Below, in pieces: positions 46,613-54,914 of a stretch of DNA of 54,914 nt; within the stretch, counting starts at the first letter, position 1; each line of letters opens with the position of its first letter. Under the pieces are notes generated by a model that was not told the DNA's origin, did no database searches, and saw only the letters and a list, made by a program, of their open reading frames with translations. A program made the translations under genes and the position numbers. Source of the DNA: Pseudomonadota bacterium (GTDB taxonomy: Bacteria; Bdellovibrionota_C; UBA2361; OMII01); NCBI GenBank assembly GCA_027485595.1, contig JAIXQT010000048.1, positions 1-54,914 on the forward strand, read 5' to 3'.

Positions 46613-49600
46613 ATGTCGTCTCGCTCTAAACTCACCATTCGACAGGCCCGAGAGAACAACCTTAAAGCTCTCAACCTCGACTTACCGCACGATACCTTCG
46701 TCGGGATAACCGGACTCTCCGGCTCGGGAAAATCTTCCCTCGCTTTCGACACTATATACGCTGAGGGACAACGGCGGTACATCGAAACCTTCTCTCCCTA
46801 CACTCGGCAATTCTTCGACAAGGTAAAGCGTCCCAAGGTCGACCTGATCGAGAACGTTCGTCCCGCCATCGCGATTCAGCAACGCACGCGGATTGTAAAC
46901 TCGCGCTCGACCGTCGGGTCGATGACCGACATTAACGATTTCTTAAAGATCGTATGGAGCAACGTCGCGACACCAGTATGCCCCGAGTGCGGACTTGAGC
47001 TCTCGCGTTGGGACGCCTCCTCTCTGACCTCACTCCTTGCCAAGTGGATTGAGACCAAGAAGGAGTCGACCTTCCTCCTTGGGCTCAAGGTCCAAAACTC
47101 CAAGGAGGTCCTGGAGCGACTTCAGATGCTCGGATACTCCCGCTACTTCGAAAAGAAAAAGGGTAATCTCGAAAACCTTGAGGAGACCCCACCCCTCAAG
47201 AAGCTTAAAGAGGTCTCAATCATTCTTGATAGGTGCTCCAGCTCATCGTTTACTCCGGAGAGAGTTCGAGAGTCACTCGAACAGTGCTTTGCGCTTGGCA
47301 ATGGCACTGTTGAGGTAACTGAGGTCAGGACTCGCGCTGCCCGTCCCTGGCTTCGCATTCCCGTCTCAGGAACCGCGCACGACCCTCACCAGCGGTACGA
47401 GACGCACATCTTCAAAAACACCTTCCACTGCGGAGACGGCGAGGTCTCTATCGAACGTCCCCGTCCTTCCCTCTTCTCCTACAACCATCCGATCGGAGCA
47501 TGCCCGGAGTGTAACGGGTTCGGCAAAGTGCTCGTTATTGATCCTCACAAATGCGTACCTGATCACAGCAAATCCATAGCCAGTTACGCGGTTGAGTGCT
47601 GGAAAGGCCCCTCGGCGTCGGATGAACATCGAAGACTCCTCTCATTTTGCAAGAGTGAGGGGATCCCGATCGACGCGCCCTGGGGATCGCTATCAACAGA
47701 GCAACACGATCAGATCTTCAACCACAAATCTCGAACATACATCGGTATCAACCCTTGGTTTCAGTGGCTTGAGAAAAAGAAATACAAGATGCACGTCAGA
47801 GTCTTCCTTGCTCGATATCGCGGGCAGGTTGACTGCACGGTGTGTGGAGGGACGCGGCTCAAATCGGATGCGCTCGCGTATAAGATAGATGGGAAGACGA
47901 TCGCCGAGGTTTCCTCAATGCCTCTCGATGAACTCTCACCTTGGTTTTCCTCGCTTCAAAAATCGCTCAAGGAAGCGAAAAAGCTACCTCGGCAATTAGC
48001 TGAGGTATTTAAAAACATCTCAAGTCGGCTCGACTACCTTATTTCTCTTGGGCTCCCCTACCTCGCCCTCGACCGACTCTCTCGAACACTCTCAGGTGGA
48101 GAAACGCAGCGCGTCAATCTCGTATCCGCCGTTGGCAGCAACCTTATCTCCACCCACTTTGTACTCGATGAACCATCCGTGGGGCTTCACGCTCGGGACA
48201 CCGAGCAGCTTATCAAAGCTTTGCACGACCTGACGGAGCGGGGAAATTCCCTCACGGTTGTAGAACACGATCCTGACTGTCTCGAAGCCGCCGATACGAT
48301 TCTTGAACTTGGCCCGGAAGCTGGTGAAAAAGGTGGGGAGGTTACCTTCTGCGGACCGCAAGAGGAGTGGCCTGGATTGGGCATGCGCCCGTTCGACCTC
48401 AACGACACCCCGCCGCTGTTCGCGAAGCGACTTGAGATTCGAAACGCCCGCAACAGAAACTTAAAATCACTCTCGGTAGACATTCCTCTCGAATCCTTCG
48501 TCTGCCTTACTGGCGTATCCGGTAGTGGCAAGAGCTCACTTCTAAAAGAGGTAATTGAGAACGCGTACGAACTCTACACCGGGGTCATTCCGGGCGAGAG
48601 CACAGTCGATGCTCAGGTGACAGGATTCCAGCATGTTCGGCAGGTTCTTCTCATCGATCAATCGCCGCTCTCAAAAACCCCGCGCGCAAACATCGCGACC
48701 TACACAAAGATGTGGGACCGTGTCCGAGATCTATTAGCCTCTACCGATGAAGCTAAAGGCCGAGGGCTCACGAAATCATCTTTCTCCTTCAACGTGGCGG
48801 GTGGCCGGTGCCCGGCGTGCGAAGGAGCCGGGTTCATTCGCGAAGACATGCAGTTCTTGAGCGATGTCTTCATGGAGTGCGAATCGTGTCTCGGGATGCG
48901 CTTCCAGGCCTCAGTTCTTGAAGTAAAGTATAGCGGACGAAACGTACATGAGATCCTCTCGATGAGCGTTGACGCCTGCCGAGATTTTTTCGAGAAAGAC
49001 CTCCTCATCTCAAGCGTGTGTCGAGTGCTCTCACAGCTTGGTCTTGGACACATAACCCTAGGGCACCCACTGAGCGATCTCTCTGGTGGCGAGGCGCAGC
49101 GATTAAAGCTCGTTCCCCACATTATGGAAGGTGCACGGGGAACCTCACTTTTCCTTTTCGACGAGCCAACCACCGGACTCCACGTTCGGGATGTCGAGCG
49201 CTTGATAGAGCTCTTCCACTACCTTAGACTGCAGGGGCACTCCATTCTGTGCGTTGAACACAACCTCCGCCTCATCGCTGCCGCGGAGTGGCTGATCGAC
49301 CTTGGGCCAGAAGGTGGCGCCAAAGGTGGAGAAATTATTAAAGCTGGGACACCCGCTGAATTCGTCAGAGACCCCCTTGGCGCGACGGGTCGCAAGAGCC
49401 TTACCGCGCATTACCTGGCACAGTTCGCTGAGCAGTACGCTCGTCCTCACAAGGCCCGGACAACGAAAGCAAAAGCCCGACGAGGCAAGCGCTCTCCAAA
49501 AGCGCCGGCTACTCACATCCATATCCGAGGAGCCAAGGAGCACAATCTTAAAGATATCAACGTCTCGATTCCGCTTAACTCTCTGATCACTCTCACGGGC

Positions 49601-51997
49601 GTCTCGGGGTCTGGCAAGTCGACCATCGCGAAGGACATCCTCTACGCTGAAGGGCAACGACGATACCTCGACTGCCTCTCCCCCTACGCTCGCCAATTCA
49701 TCAAAGAGCTTAAAAAACCAGCCATCGACGACATCTCGCACGTTCAACCTACGATCTGTGTTTACCAACACACCTTTCAGCCCTCCGCGCTCTCAACCGT
49801 GTCGACCATGAGCGAGGTATACAACTTCCTTCGGCTACTCTTCGCTAAGATCGGAATTCAGTACTGCCCAGACCACCCAGAGGAGTCGATCTCACCACTT
49901 TCAGCGGAGCAGATTGCGCAGCACATTAAGTCCTCCTATTCCGGAAGTATCCGCCTTTTGGCGCCAGTCATTAACAACAAGAAGGGAAACCACCGCGCCG
50001 TGTTTCAGCGAGCGATCGAAACGGAGATCTCTGAGGTTCGAGTCGACGACGTTATAGCGCCCCCCTCAAAGTTCGCTGATGAAGGGCTCGCCAAAACGAA
50101 GATTCACTCGATCGATTTCGTGACAGCGCGATTTAACGCTAAGACCATGCCGGTTGACCTTATTACCGAAGGGGTACAACAAGCACTCAGTATCGGTGGC
50201 GGTACGGTCGTCGTGCTTGGGCCCTCTGGCGAGCGAGTGTTTAGCTCTGAGCGAACATGTCGAATCTGCCAACGCGGTTTCTTTAAACCTGACCCCGAGG
50301 ACCTCTCCTTTAACTCCCGACGTGGTCGGTGTCCGAAGTGCGATGGATACGGGACCGTTCGCACTAAGGCATGCCCAACCTGCCAGGGCGCTCGCATTAA
50401 CGAGATCGGCCGAAACATTCGGCTTCTCGATAAAAATATCTTTGAACTTACAGCGCTCTCCTCTGTTGAACTACGCAAGGCGCTCAAGAAGATCTCAGCG
50501 GATACTGCACTCTCCTTTATCGCGGATCCGATCGTTCAGGAGCTCAACGGCAAACTCGATACCCTCACCCACCTCGGACTTGATCATCTTTCACTGAATC
50601 GTGAGTGCGCTACGCTCTCAAATGGAGAGCTGCAACGCCTGCGCCTCGGTACCGCTATCGGCTCCCCGCTCTGTGGCGTTACCTATATTTTCGATGAGCC
50701 AAGCGCGGGGCTTCATCCGGCTGACAACAAGCGGCTCCTTGGAAAGCTCGTTGAGCTCAAAGACCGCGGAAACACGGTCATCCAAATTGAGCACGAGATC
50801 GATAACATTCGAGCGGCTGAGGAGATTATCGATGTAGGCCCCGGGGCGGGAACCCATGGGGGAGAGATCGTATTCCAAGGTTCTGTGCATGAAGCCGTTA
50901 CTTCCAAGAAGTCACTCACAGGACTGGCACTCACTCGGGAACTCCAGATTAAAAATGAAGCCCTCAAATCCGAAGAAAAACTAACGATTCGTGGCGCGAC
51001 CAAGAACAACCTCAAATCCCTCAACGTTACCGTTCCTCTGAGAAGTCTCGTCACCGTCGCCGGCGTTTCGGGCGCTGGAAAGAGCTCTCTCGTGCACGGT
51101 GTGATAGGAGAGGCCCTCGATGGAGGAGCCGATAAGAAGGGCGCATTCGATGGTCGTCACGGTTCCGTTGAAACCTCTGTAAAGATCGACAGGTTCCTTA
51201 TTGTCGACCAACAGCCGATCGGAAAGACCTCACGCTCAACACCCGCGTCATACCTTGGCATTTGGGATGAGATCCGCAAGGTCTTCGCTGAAACGCTTGA
51301 GGCGAAATCCCGCGGCTGGGGCCCTAGCTTCTTCTCGCATAATACCGGTAAGGGGCGATGCCCAACGTGCAAGGGACAAGGACAACTGACCCTTGAAATG
51401 AGCTTCCTCGCTGAAGCTAAGGTGGAGTGCGAAAGCTGTATGGGAAGTCGATTCACTCCGGAGGCGGACACGGTGAAATTCCGAGACCTCTCAATAAGCC
51501 GCTCCCTTCAGCTTACCTTTGATGAGGCTCGCACGTTTTTTATTAACCACCGAAAGATTCATCAGGTATGCAAGCTCGCCTGCGACCTGGGACTTGGGTA
51601 CCTCACCCTCGGGCAGCCATCATCCACACTGTCAGGTGGAGAGAGTCAGCGATTAAAGCTTGTCTCCGAGCTTCATCAGTCACGCAAAGGCCACACCCTC
51701 TACATCCTCGACGAGCCGACAACGGGACTACACCGTCTTGATGTCGACCTCTTACTGAAGGGTCTGCACGCCCTGGTAGACCAAGGCAATTCAGTAATCG
51801 TGATCGAACATGACGCTGACATGATCACTCAATCTGATTGGGTCATTGAGCTCGGTCCAGAGGCCGGTGAAGGTGGAGGTACAGTCATTTACGAGGGCGC
51901 ACCACACGGTTTGCTCAAAGCTCACACACCGTGGTGCGCGGCACTCAAGGAGCGGGTCGCAATGCACTCCGAACTCCTCGCGGACCGCGCAGCGTAG
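46613..51997 (+). CDS. uvrA: Excinuclease ABC subunit A, double-length (tandem-fused) UvrA
   Basis: 1794 aa; four Walker A motifs ([36 protein letters not shown]), four LSxGE signatures, two YAEGQRRY starts, zinc-finger CxxC pairs. Confidence 0.96.
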   Translation: MSSRSKLTIRQARENNLKALNLDLPHDTFVGITGLSGSGKSSLAFDTIYAEGQRRYIETFSPYTRQFFDKVKRPKVDLIENVRPAIAIQQRTRIVNSRSTVGSMTDINDFLKIVWSNVATPVCPECGLELSRWDASSLTSLLAKWIETKKESTFLLGLKVQNSKEVLERLQMLGYSRYFEKKKGNLENLEETPPLKKLKEVSIILDRCSSSSFTPERVRESLEQCFALGNGTVEVTEVRTRAARPWLRIPVSGTAHDPHQRYETHIFKNTFHCGDGEVSIERPRPSLFSYNHPIGACPECNGFGKVLVIDPHKCVPDHSKSIASYAVECWKGPSASDEHRRLLSFCKSEGIPIDAPWGSLSTEQHDQIFNHKSRTYIGINPWFQWLEKKKYKMHVRVFLARYRGQVDCTVCGGTRLKSDALAYKIDGKTIAEVSSMPLDELSPWFSSLQKSLKEAKKLPRQLAEVFKNISSRLDYLISLGLPYLALDRLSRTLSGGETQRVNLVSAVGSNLISTHFVLDEPSVGLHARDTEQLIKALHDLTERGNSLTVVEHDPDCLEAADTILELGPEAGEKGGEVTFCGPQEEWPGLGMRPFDLNDTPPLFAKRLEIRNARNRNLKSLSVDIPLESFVCLTGVSGSGKSSLLKEVIENAYELYTGVIPGESTVDAQVTGFQHVRQVLLIDQSPLSKTPRANIATYTKMWDRVRDLLASTDEAKGRGLTKSSFSFNVAGGRCPACEGAGFIREDMQFLSDVFMECESCLGMRFQASVLEVKYSGRNVHEILSMSVDACRDFFEKDLLISSVCRVLSQLGLGHITLGHPLSDLSGGEAQRLKLVPHIMEGARGTSLFLFDEPTTGLHVRDVERLIELFHYLRLQGHSILCVEHNLRLIAAAEWLIDLGPEGGAKGGEIIKAGTPAEFVRDPLGATGRKSLTAHYLAQFAEQYARPHKARTTKAKARRGKRSPKAPATHIHIRGAKEHNLKDINVSIPLNSLITLTGVSGSGKSTIAKDILYAEGQRRYLDCLSPYARQFIKELKKPAIDDISHVQPTICVYQHTFQPSALSTVSTMSEVYNFLRLLFAKIGIQYCPDHPEESISPLSAEQIAQHIKSSYSGSIRLLAPVINNKKGNHRAVFQRAIETEISEVRVDDVIAPPSKFADEGLAKTKIHSIDFVTARFNAKTMPVDLITEGVQQALSIGGGTVVVLGPSGERVFSSERTCRICQRGFFKPDPEDLSFNSRRGRCPKCDGYGTVRTKACPTCQGARINEIGRNIRLLDKNIFELTALSSVELRKALKKISADTALSFIADPIVQELNGKLDTLTHLGLDHLSLNRECATLSNGELQRLRLGTAIGSPLCGVTYIFDEPSAGLHPADNKRLLGKLVELKDRGNTVIQIEHEIDNIRAAEEIIDVGPGAGTHGGEIVFQGSVHEAVTSKKSLTGLALTRELQIKNEALKSEEKLTIRGATKNNLKSLNVTVPLRSLVTVAGVSGAGKSSLVHGVIGEALDGGADKKGAFDGRHGSVETSVKIDRFLIVDQQPIGKTSRSTPASYLGIWDEIRKVFAETLEAKSRGWGPSFFSHNTGKGRCPTCKGQGQLTLEMSFLAEAKVECESCMGSRFTPEADTVKFRDLSISRSLQLTFDEARTFFINHRKIHQVCKLACDLGLGYLTLGQPSSTLSGGESQRLKLVSELHQSRKGHTLYILDEPTTGLHRLDVDLLLKGLHALVDQGNSVIVIEHDADMITQSDWVIELGPEAGEGGGTVIYEGAPHGLLKAHTPWCAALKERVAMHSELLADRAA

Positions 51998-52002
51998 TCG
52001 GA

Positions 52003-52866
52003 CTATTTTCCGCCGGGATAGCCGTTAACGCGCTGACGGGTGCGAGTCGCTTTCAAACATACCCCGTATATCTCTCCACCGTTGGTGAGATCCCAGGTAT
52101 GCTTCCCTCCCTTTAAAACATTCTTGATTCGAATGAGGGAGAGTCCGTACCCCATATATCCAACATATTTCACGACTGGAATCTTAACGGACGCGACGAT
52201 CTGTCCCGCCCTCCAGGTGTTCTTGGTCACAAACTCGTTACCGTAGCCAACCGTATTCATCAGCAGGATCGGCTCGCCAAAATACTTACCATCAGAGGAT
52301 GGCTTAATTGACGCGACAGGCTTTCGAGAGAACTTCTGCTCCTTAACAGCGATCTGAATCGAGAAGATTCTGTCGTACAACGCGGGGTCAACTCCGGAGA
52401 GATCGAGCTTAATCTGCGCTACGTAGCGATCGGTTTTTTTACCACACGCATCTTTCGTAAGATGGAACCAGGGAGCTATGTATCCGTAGTACGGACTGTA
52501 CGAAGATGCTGTAACAAAACTTTCAGTAGGCTCATTTACGCCATATGAGCGCATACCGTACGACGTAATCGTTGGATGATTGGTCGCCAGAGCGGTCGCC
52601 GCGTCAAGGCTACCAATAAAACCACCCCTCGCCGTTCCGCGAATGCCAACCGGCCCCGAGATATTCATCTGCACGGCGTTCGACATATTTCCGGTCGAAA
52701 CAAAGAAGACTGATATGGTTTTGAGACCGCGCTGGTCTGGGCCTAAACTGATCTCATACTGCTTCCCATCGGGAACGATCTCATAGGGAGCCAGCTCCTG
52801 AGCGACAGCTGCGGTCCCACTAACGAGGAGAGAAGTCAAAAGCGATAGGATTGTACGAACGTTCAT
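52003..52866 (-). CDS. Secreted hypothetical protein
   Basis: Signal peptide ending AVA-Q; 287 aa; no recognised family. Confidence 0.7.
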   Translation of the reverse strand: MNVRTILSLLTSLLVSGTAAVAQELAPYEIVPDGKQYEISLGPDQRGLKTISVFFVSTGNMSNAVQMNISGPVGIRGTARGGFIGSLDAATALATNHPTITSYGMRSYGVNEPTESFVTASSYSPYYGYIAPWFHLTKDACGKKTDRYVAQIKLDLSGVDPALYDRIFSIQIAVKEQKFSRKPVASIKPSSDGKYFGEPILLMNTVGYGNEFVTKNTWRAGQIVASVKIPVVKYVGYMGYGLSLIRIKNVLKGGKHTWDLTNGGEIYGVCLKATRTRQRVNGYPGGK

Positions 52867-53089
52867 GCCAGATACCTCTCTAGAAAATCTTCTGGAAGAG
52901 TTATGAAGAGAACAGCTTCGTATGTGACATGACTGTTTCAGCTAGCCGAAGTTCTTGACGAGATGTGCGTGTTCGACTGACGCAGAGGGGTGAAGCCGTC
53001 CTGGGGCCGGCAAAAAGCTAGTCGTATCAACACTCTACAAAAACCCTCCACCGAACTGAAGCACGAGAGACGTTTAGCCAGATACGGGG

Positions 53090-53434
53090 GTGTACACGGT
53101 TTTTAAAGTTTTTATGACGGCACATCCTCCATCATGTATGTTCGACGCCCTCTCAAAGCTTGAGAAAGCCGTGGAGGCCGCTGCCCGATCCATTACATCC
53201 GCAAGCGTTCAAGACCACGCGGTTCTGAACAGAATCTCGTCTTACAAAGAGATAATCAGAAGACAACACTCGTTACTGGGGGACCTCAAGCGAGCCTCAT
53301 CCCGCGAAGACTGGAAGGAGGTCTCTCGCATCACGAGCCTCGTACATGGGTCATCCCTCATGATTAAGGTAGATGTCGGTTTTCTGCTCTCTCACCTTAA
53401 ATCTCGAACTCCAGCTTCCAGCGCTCGCTCATAG
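53090..53434 (+). CDS. Hypothetical helical protein (start uncertain)
   Basis: Coherent amphipathic-helix ORF filling the gap between genes. Confidence 0.55.
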   Translation: MYTVFKVFMTAHPPSCMFDALSKLEKAVEAAARSITSASVQDHAVLNRISSYKEIIRRQHSLLGDLKRASSREDWKEVSRITSLVHGSSLMIKVDVGFLLSHLKSRTPASSARS

Positions 53435-53648
53435 CACTTCCGTACCCCTAAGACTTCAGAGGGGGCCACCTACATTCACCGTCACCGGCCTGAGGTTTGG
53501 ACATCGGCTGTAGGTATTTCGCTTGTCGAGAGCCCCTTCGAGGATTATGTAGGAGGGAGCGCACTGTCGACCCAAATGTTGTTGGAGCTCCGTCGACACT
53601 GTCAGACAGGTTCGTTTGGATACATCGCAGACTCCCAGAGGTACATTC

Positions 53649-54221
53649 ATGCCAAGCAATTGCTGGATTCAAAAGCTACTTTTCACCATCTCCATCGGAC
53701 TCGCTCCTGTCGCTCTATCGGGATGCGTCACCTCAACATCGCATCACAATCCAAATATGCGAGGGCTCCAGGAGGTCATCCAGACAGAATTCCCCACCGT
53801 TCAGGGCCCGCGCCAAAGCCTTGCAGCATATAGCGGAAAGATTGTGATGCTTCACTTTTTCGCGTCGTGGTGCTCGGACTGTATCGGTGAAGCGCCATCC
53901 CTTTCAAACCTCGACGCCGCTCTGAGAGGGTCGGATTTTCAAATAGTCGGGATAGCTATCGATGCCGACCCTTTCGAAACAGGCAGTTTTGTTTCCCGAT
54001 TCAAAATTCCATTTCCAGTTATCATTGATACCCAAGGAGAGTTGAAACAATACTTCTCTGTTAAAGATGTTCCGACCACGATCTTCCTTGATCGGATGGG
54101 AGTGCCGGTAACTTTCCAGGATCCTGAGACCGGGACAGCGACCGCGAAACTAAGCGGAGCTCGACGGTGGGATACAACGAAGCCGGTGGAAATGATCGCG
54201 GGTATGATTGAGGCACGGTAG
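53649..54221 (+). CDS. TlpA/ResA family thiol-disulfide oxidoreductase, probable lipoprotein
   Basis: LSGC lipobox; GKIVMLHFFASWCSDCIGE CxxC; VPTTIFLD cis-Pro motif. Confidence 0.9.
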   Translation: MPSNCWIQKLLFTISIGLAPVALSGCVTSTSHHNPNMRGLQEVIQTEFPTVQGPRQSLAAYSGKIVMLHFFASWCSDCIGEAPSLSNLDAALRGSDFQIVGIAIDADPFETGSFVSRFKIPFPVIIDTQGELKQYFSVKDVPTTIFLDRMGVPVTFQDPETGTATAKLSGARRWDTTKPVEMIAGMIEAR

Positions 54222-54290
54222 CGCCCCTTCCGGGTAACGAAGAACGAATTCCTCGAACACGCTCTTCCGACGTCTCCTCGCATCAGACTA

Positions 54291-54767
54291 CTAACGACGG
54301 AACGGCTCGAAGAGCTCTAGAGCCGTTTGAAACACGCTCTCTGGGTCGCTCTTGGGATGGTGGAATATGAAGATCTTTTGACACCCACTCGAGGCTATCG
54401 GCAATGCAAGCTCCGCCACAGGAGGAACACCTCGCGGAGCTTCTTGATCGGTCCTCGATTGAGTAATCTGCTCACCGGCGTGATGAAGTCCATCAAACAG
54501 AAGCCACTTTCCTTCCCGGGATCGAATGAGCATCATGACGCTATCGCCCAACTCATACCCCAATCCATTATGATTCTCACCCCACGAGCTCCCAACTCCA
54601 GGCACAAGACTTTGGGATGGATCGGCTATCCCCATCCCCTCATCAGAGACCATGCACATAAGGAACCGCTGAGGCCGCTCCGACCGATCCAGGCAGGCAA
54701 ACTCCTTTAGAAAGATAGCTCCGGGCGCGAAGCACACACTCCCACTCGGTGGAATGTGAGGTATCAC
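54291..54767 (-). CDS. Hypothetical protein
   Basis: 158-aa ORF with a GGGAGG RBS-like sequence upstream; no recognised motifs. Confidence 0.45.
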   Translation of the reverse strand: MIPHIPPSGSVCFAPGAIFLKEFACLDRSERPQRFLMCMVSDEGMGIADPSQSLVPGVGSSWGENHNGLGYELGDSVMMLIRSREGKWLLFDGLHHAGEQITQSRTDQEAPRGVPPVAELALPIASSGCQKIFIFHHPKSDPESVFQTALELFEPFRR

Positions 54768-54914
54768 CCTCCCATGCTGCGCTACGTTGCGCGATGCTTC
54801 GGTTATCGCTGAGGACGCCGTAGAGACGGAGTCGCTCGAGAGGTAGTCAGGAAATTCAGCGGCAAGGGCTTGGCGGTTATAGACAGCTCCCGGAACGCCT
54901 CGCCATCCGGCGTC

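Overview
Bacterial chromosomal window (about 50-55% GC by eye, Gram-negative; the gene set loosely suggests a deltaproteobacteria/Bdellovibrionota-like organism, low confidence). Left to right: tandem secreted FGE/SUMF1-fold genes; an RND efflux operon; an imuA-imuB-dnaE2 mutagenesis cassette interrupted by a repeat-spacer-repeat insert that carries a recoded copy of the dnaE2 5' end; a divergent DUF4397/DUF6502 pair with operator-like palindromes; a lower-GC surface-modification island (SGNH, Flp pilin, GT4, GT-C); SIMPL, nupC, mpl and a phosphoesterase; an A2-type caa3 cytochrome c oxidase operon with a di-heme subunit II plus SCO; a DtxR/MntR regulator, YqeY and a TIGR01777 protein. At about 37.0-42.1 kb lies an integron-like cassette array with no integrase in the window (4 attC sites plus 1 degenerate, two attI-like entry sites, a toxin-antitoxin pair). 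It holds four antisense ORF6N-domain genes, each with a 25-29 bp intragenic DNA palindrome that is conserved with compensatory changes yet read in two different reading frames; this is the best candidate for an undescribed system. The rest holds an orphan NuiA-domain protein, decayed genes, a HAD phosphatase, a HExxH protein, a double-length UvrA and a TlpA-family thioredoxin. All family calls come from motif recognition by eye; no database searches were run.
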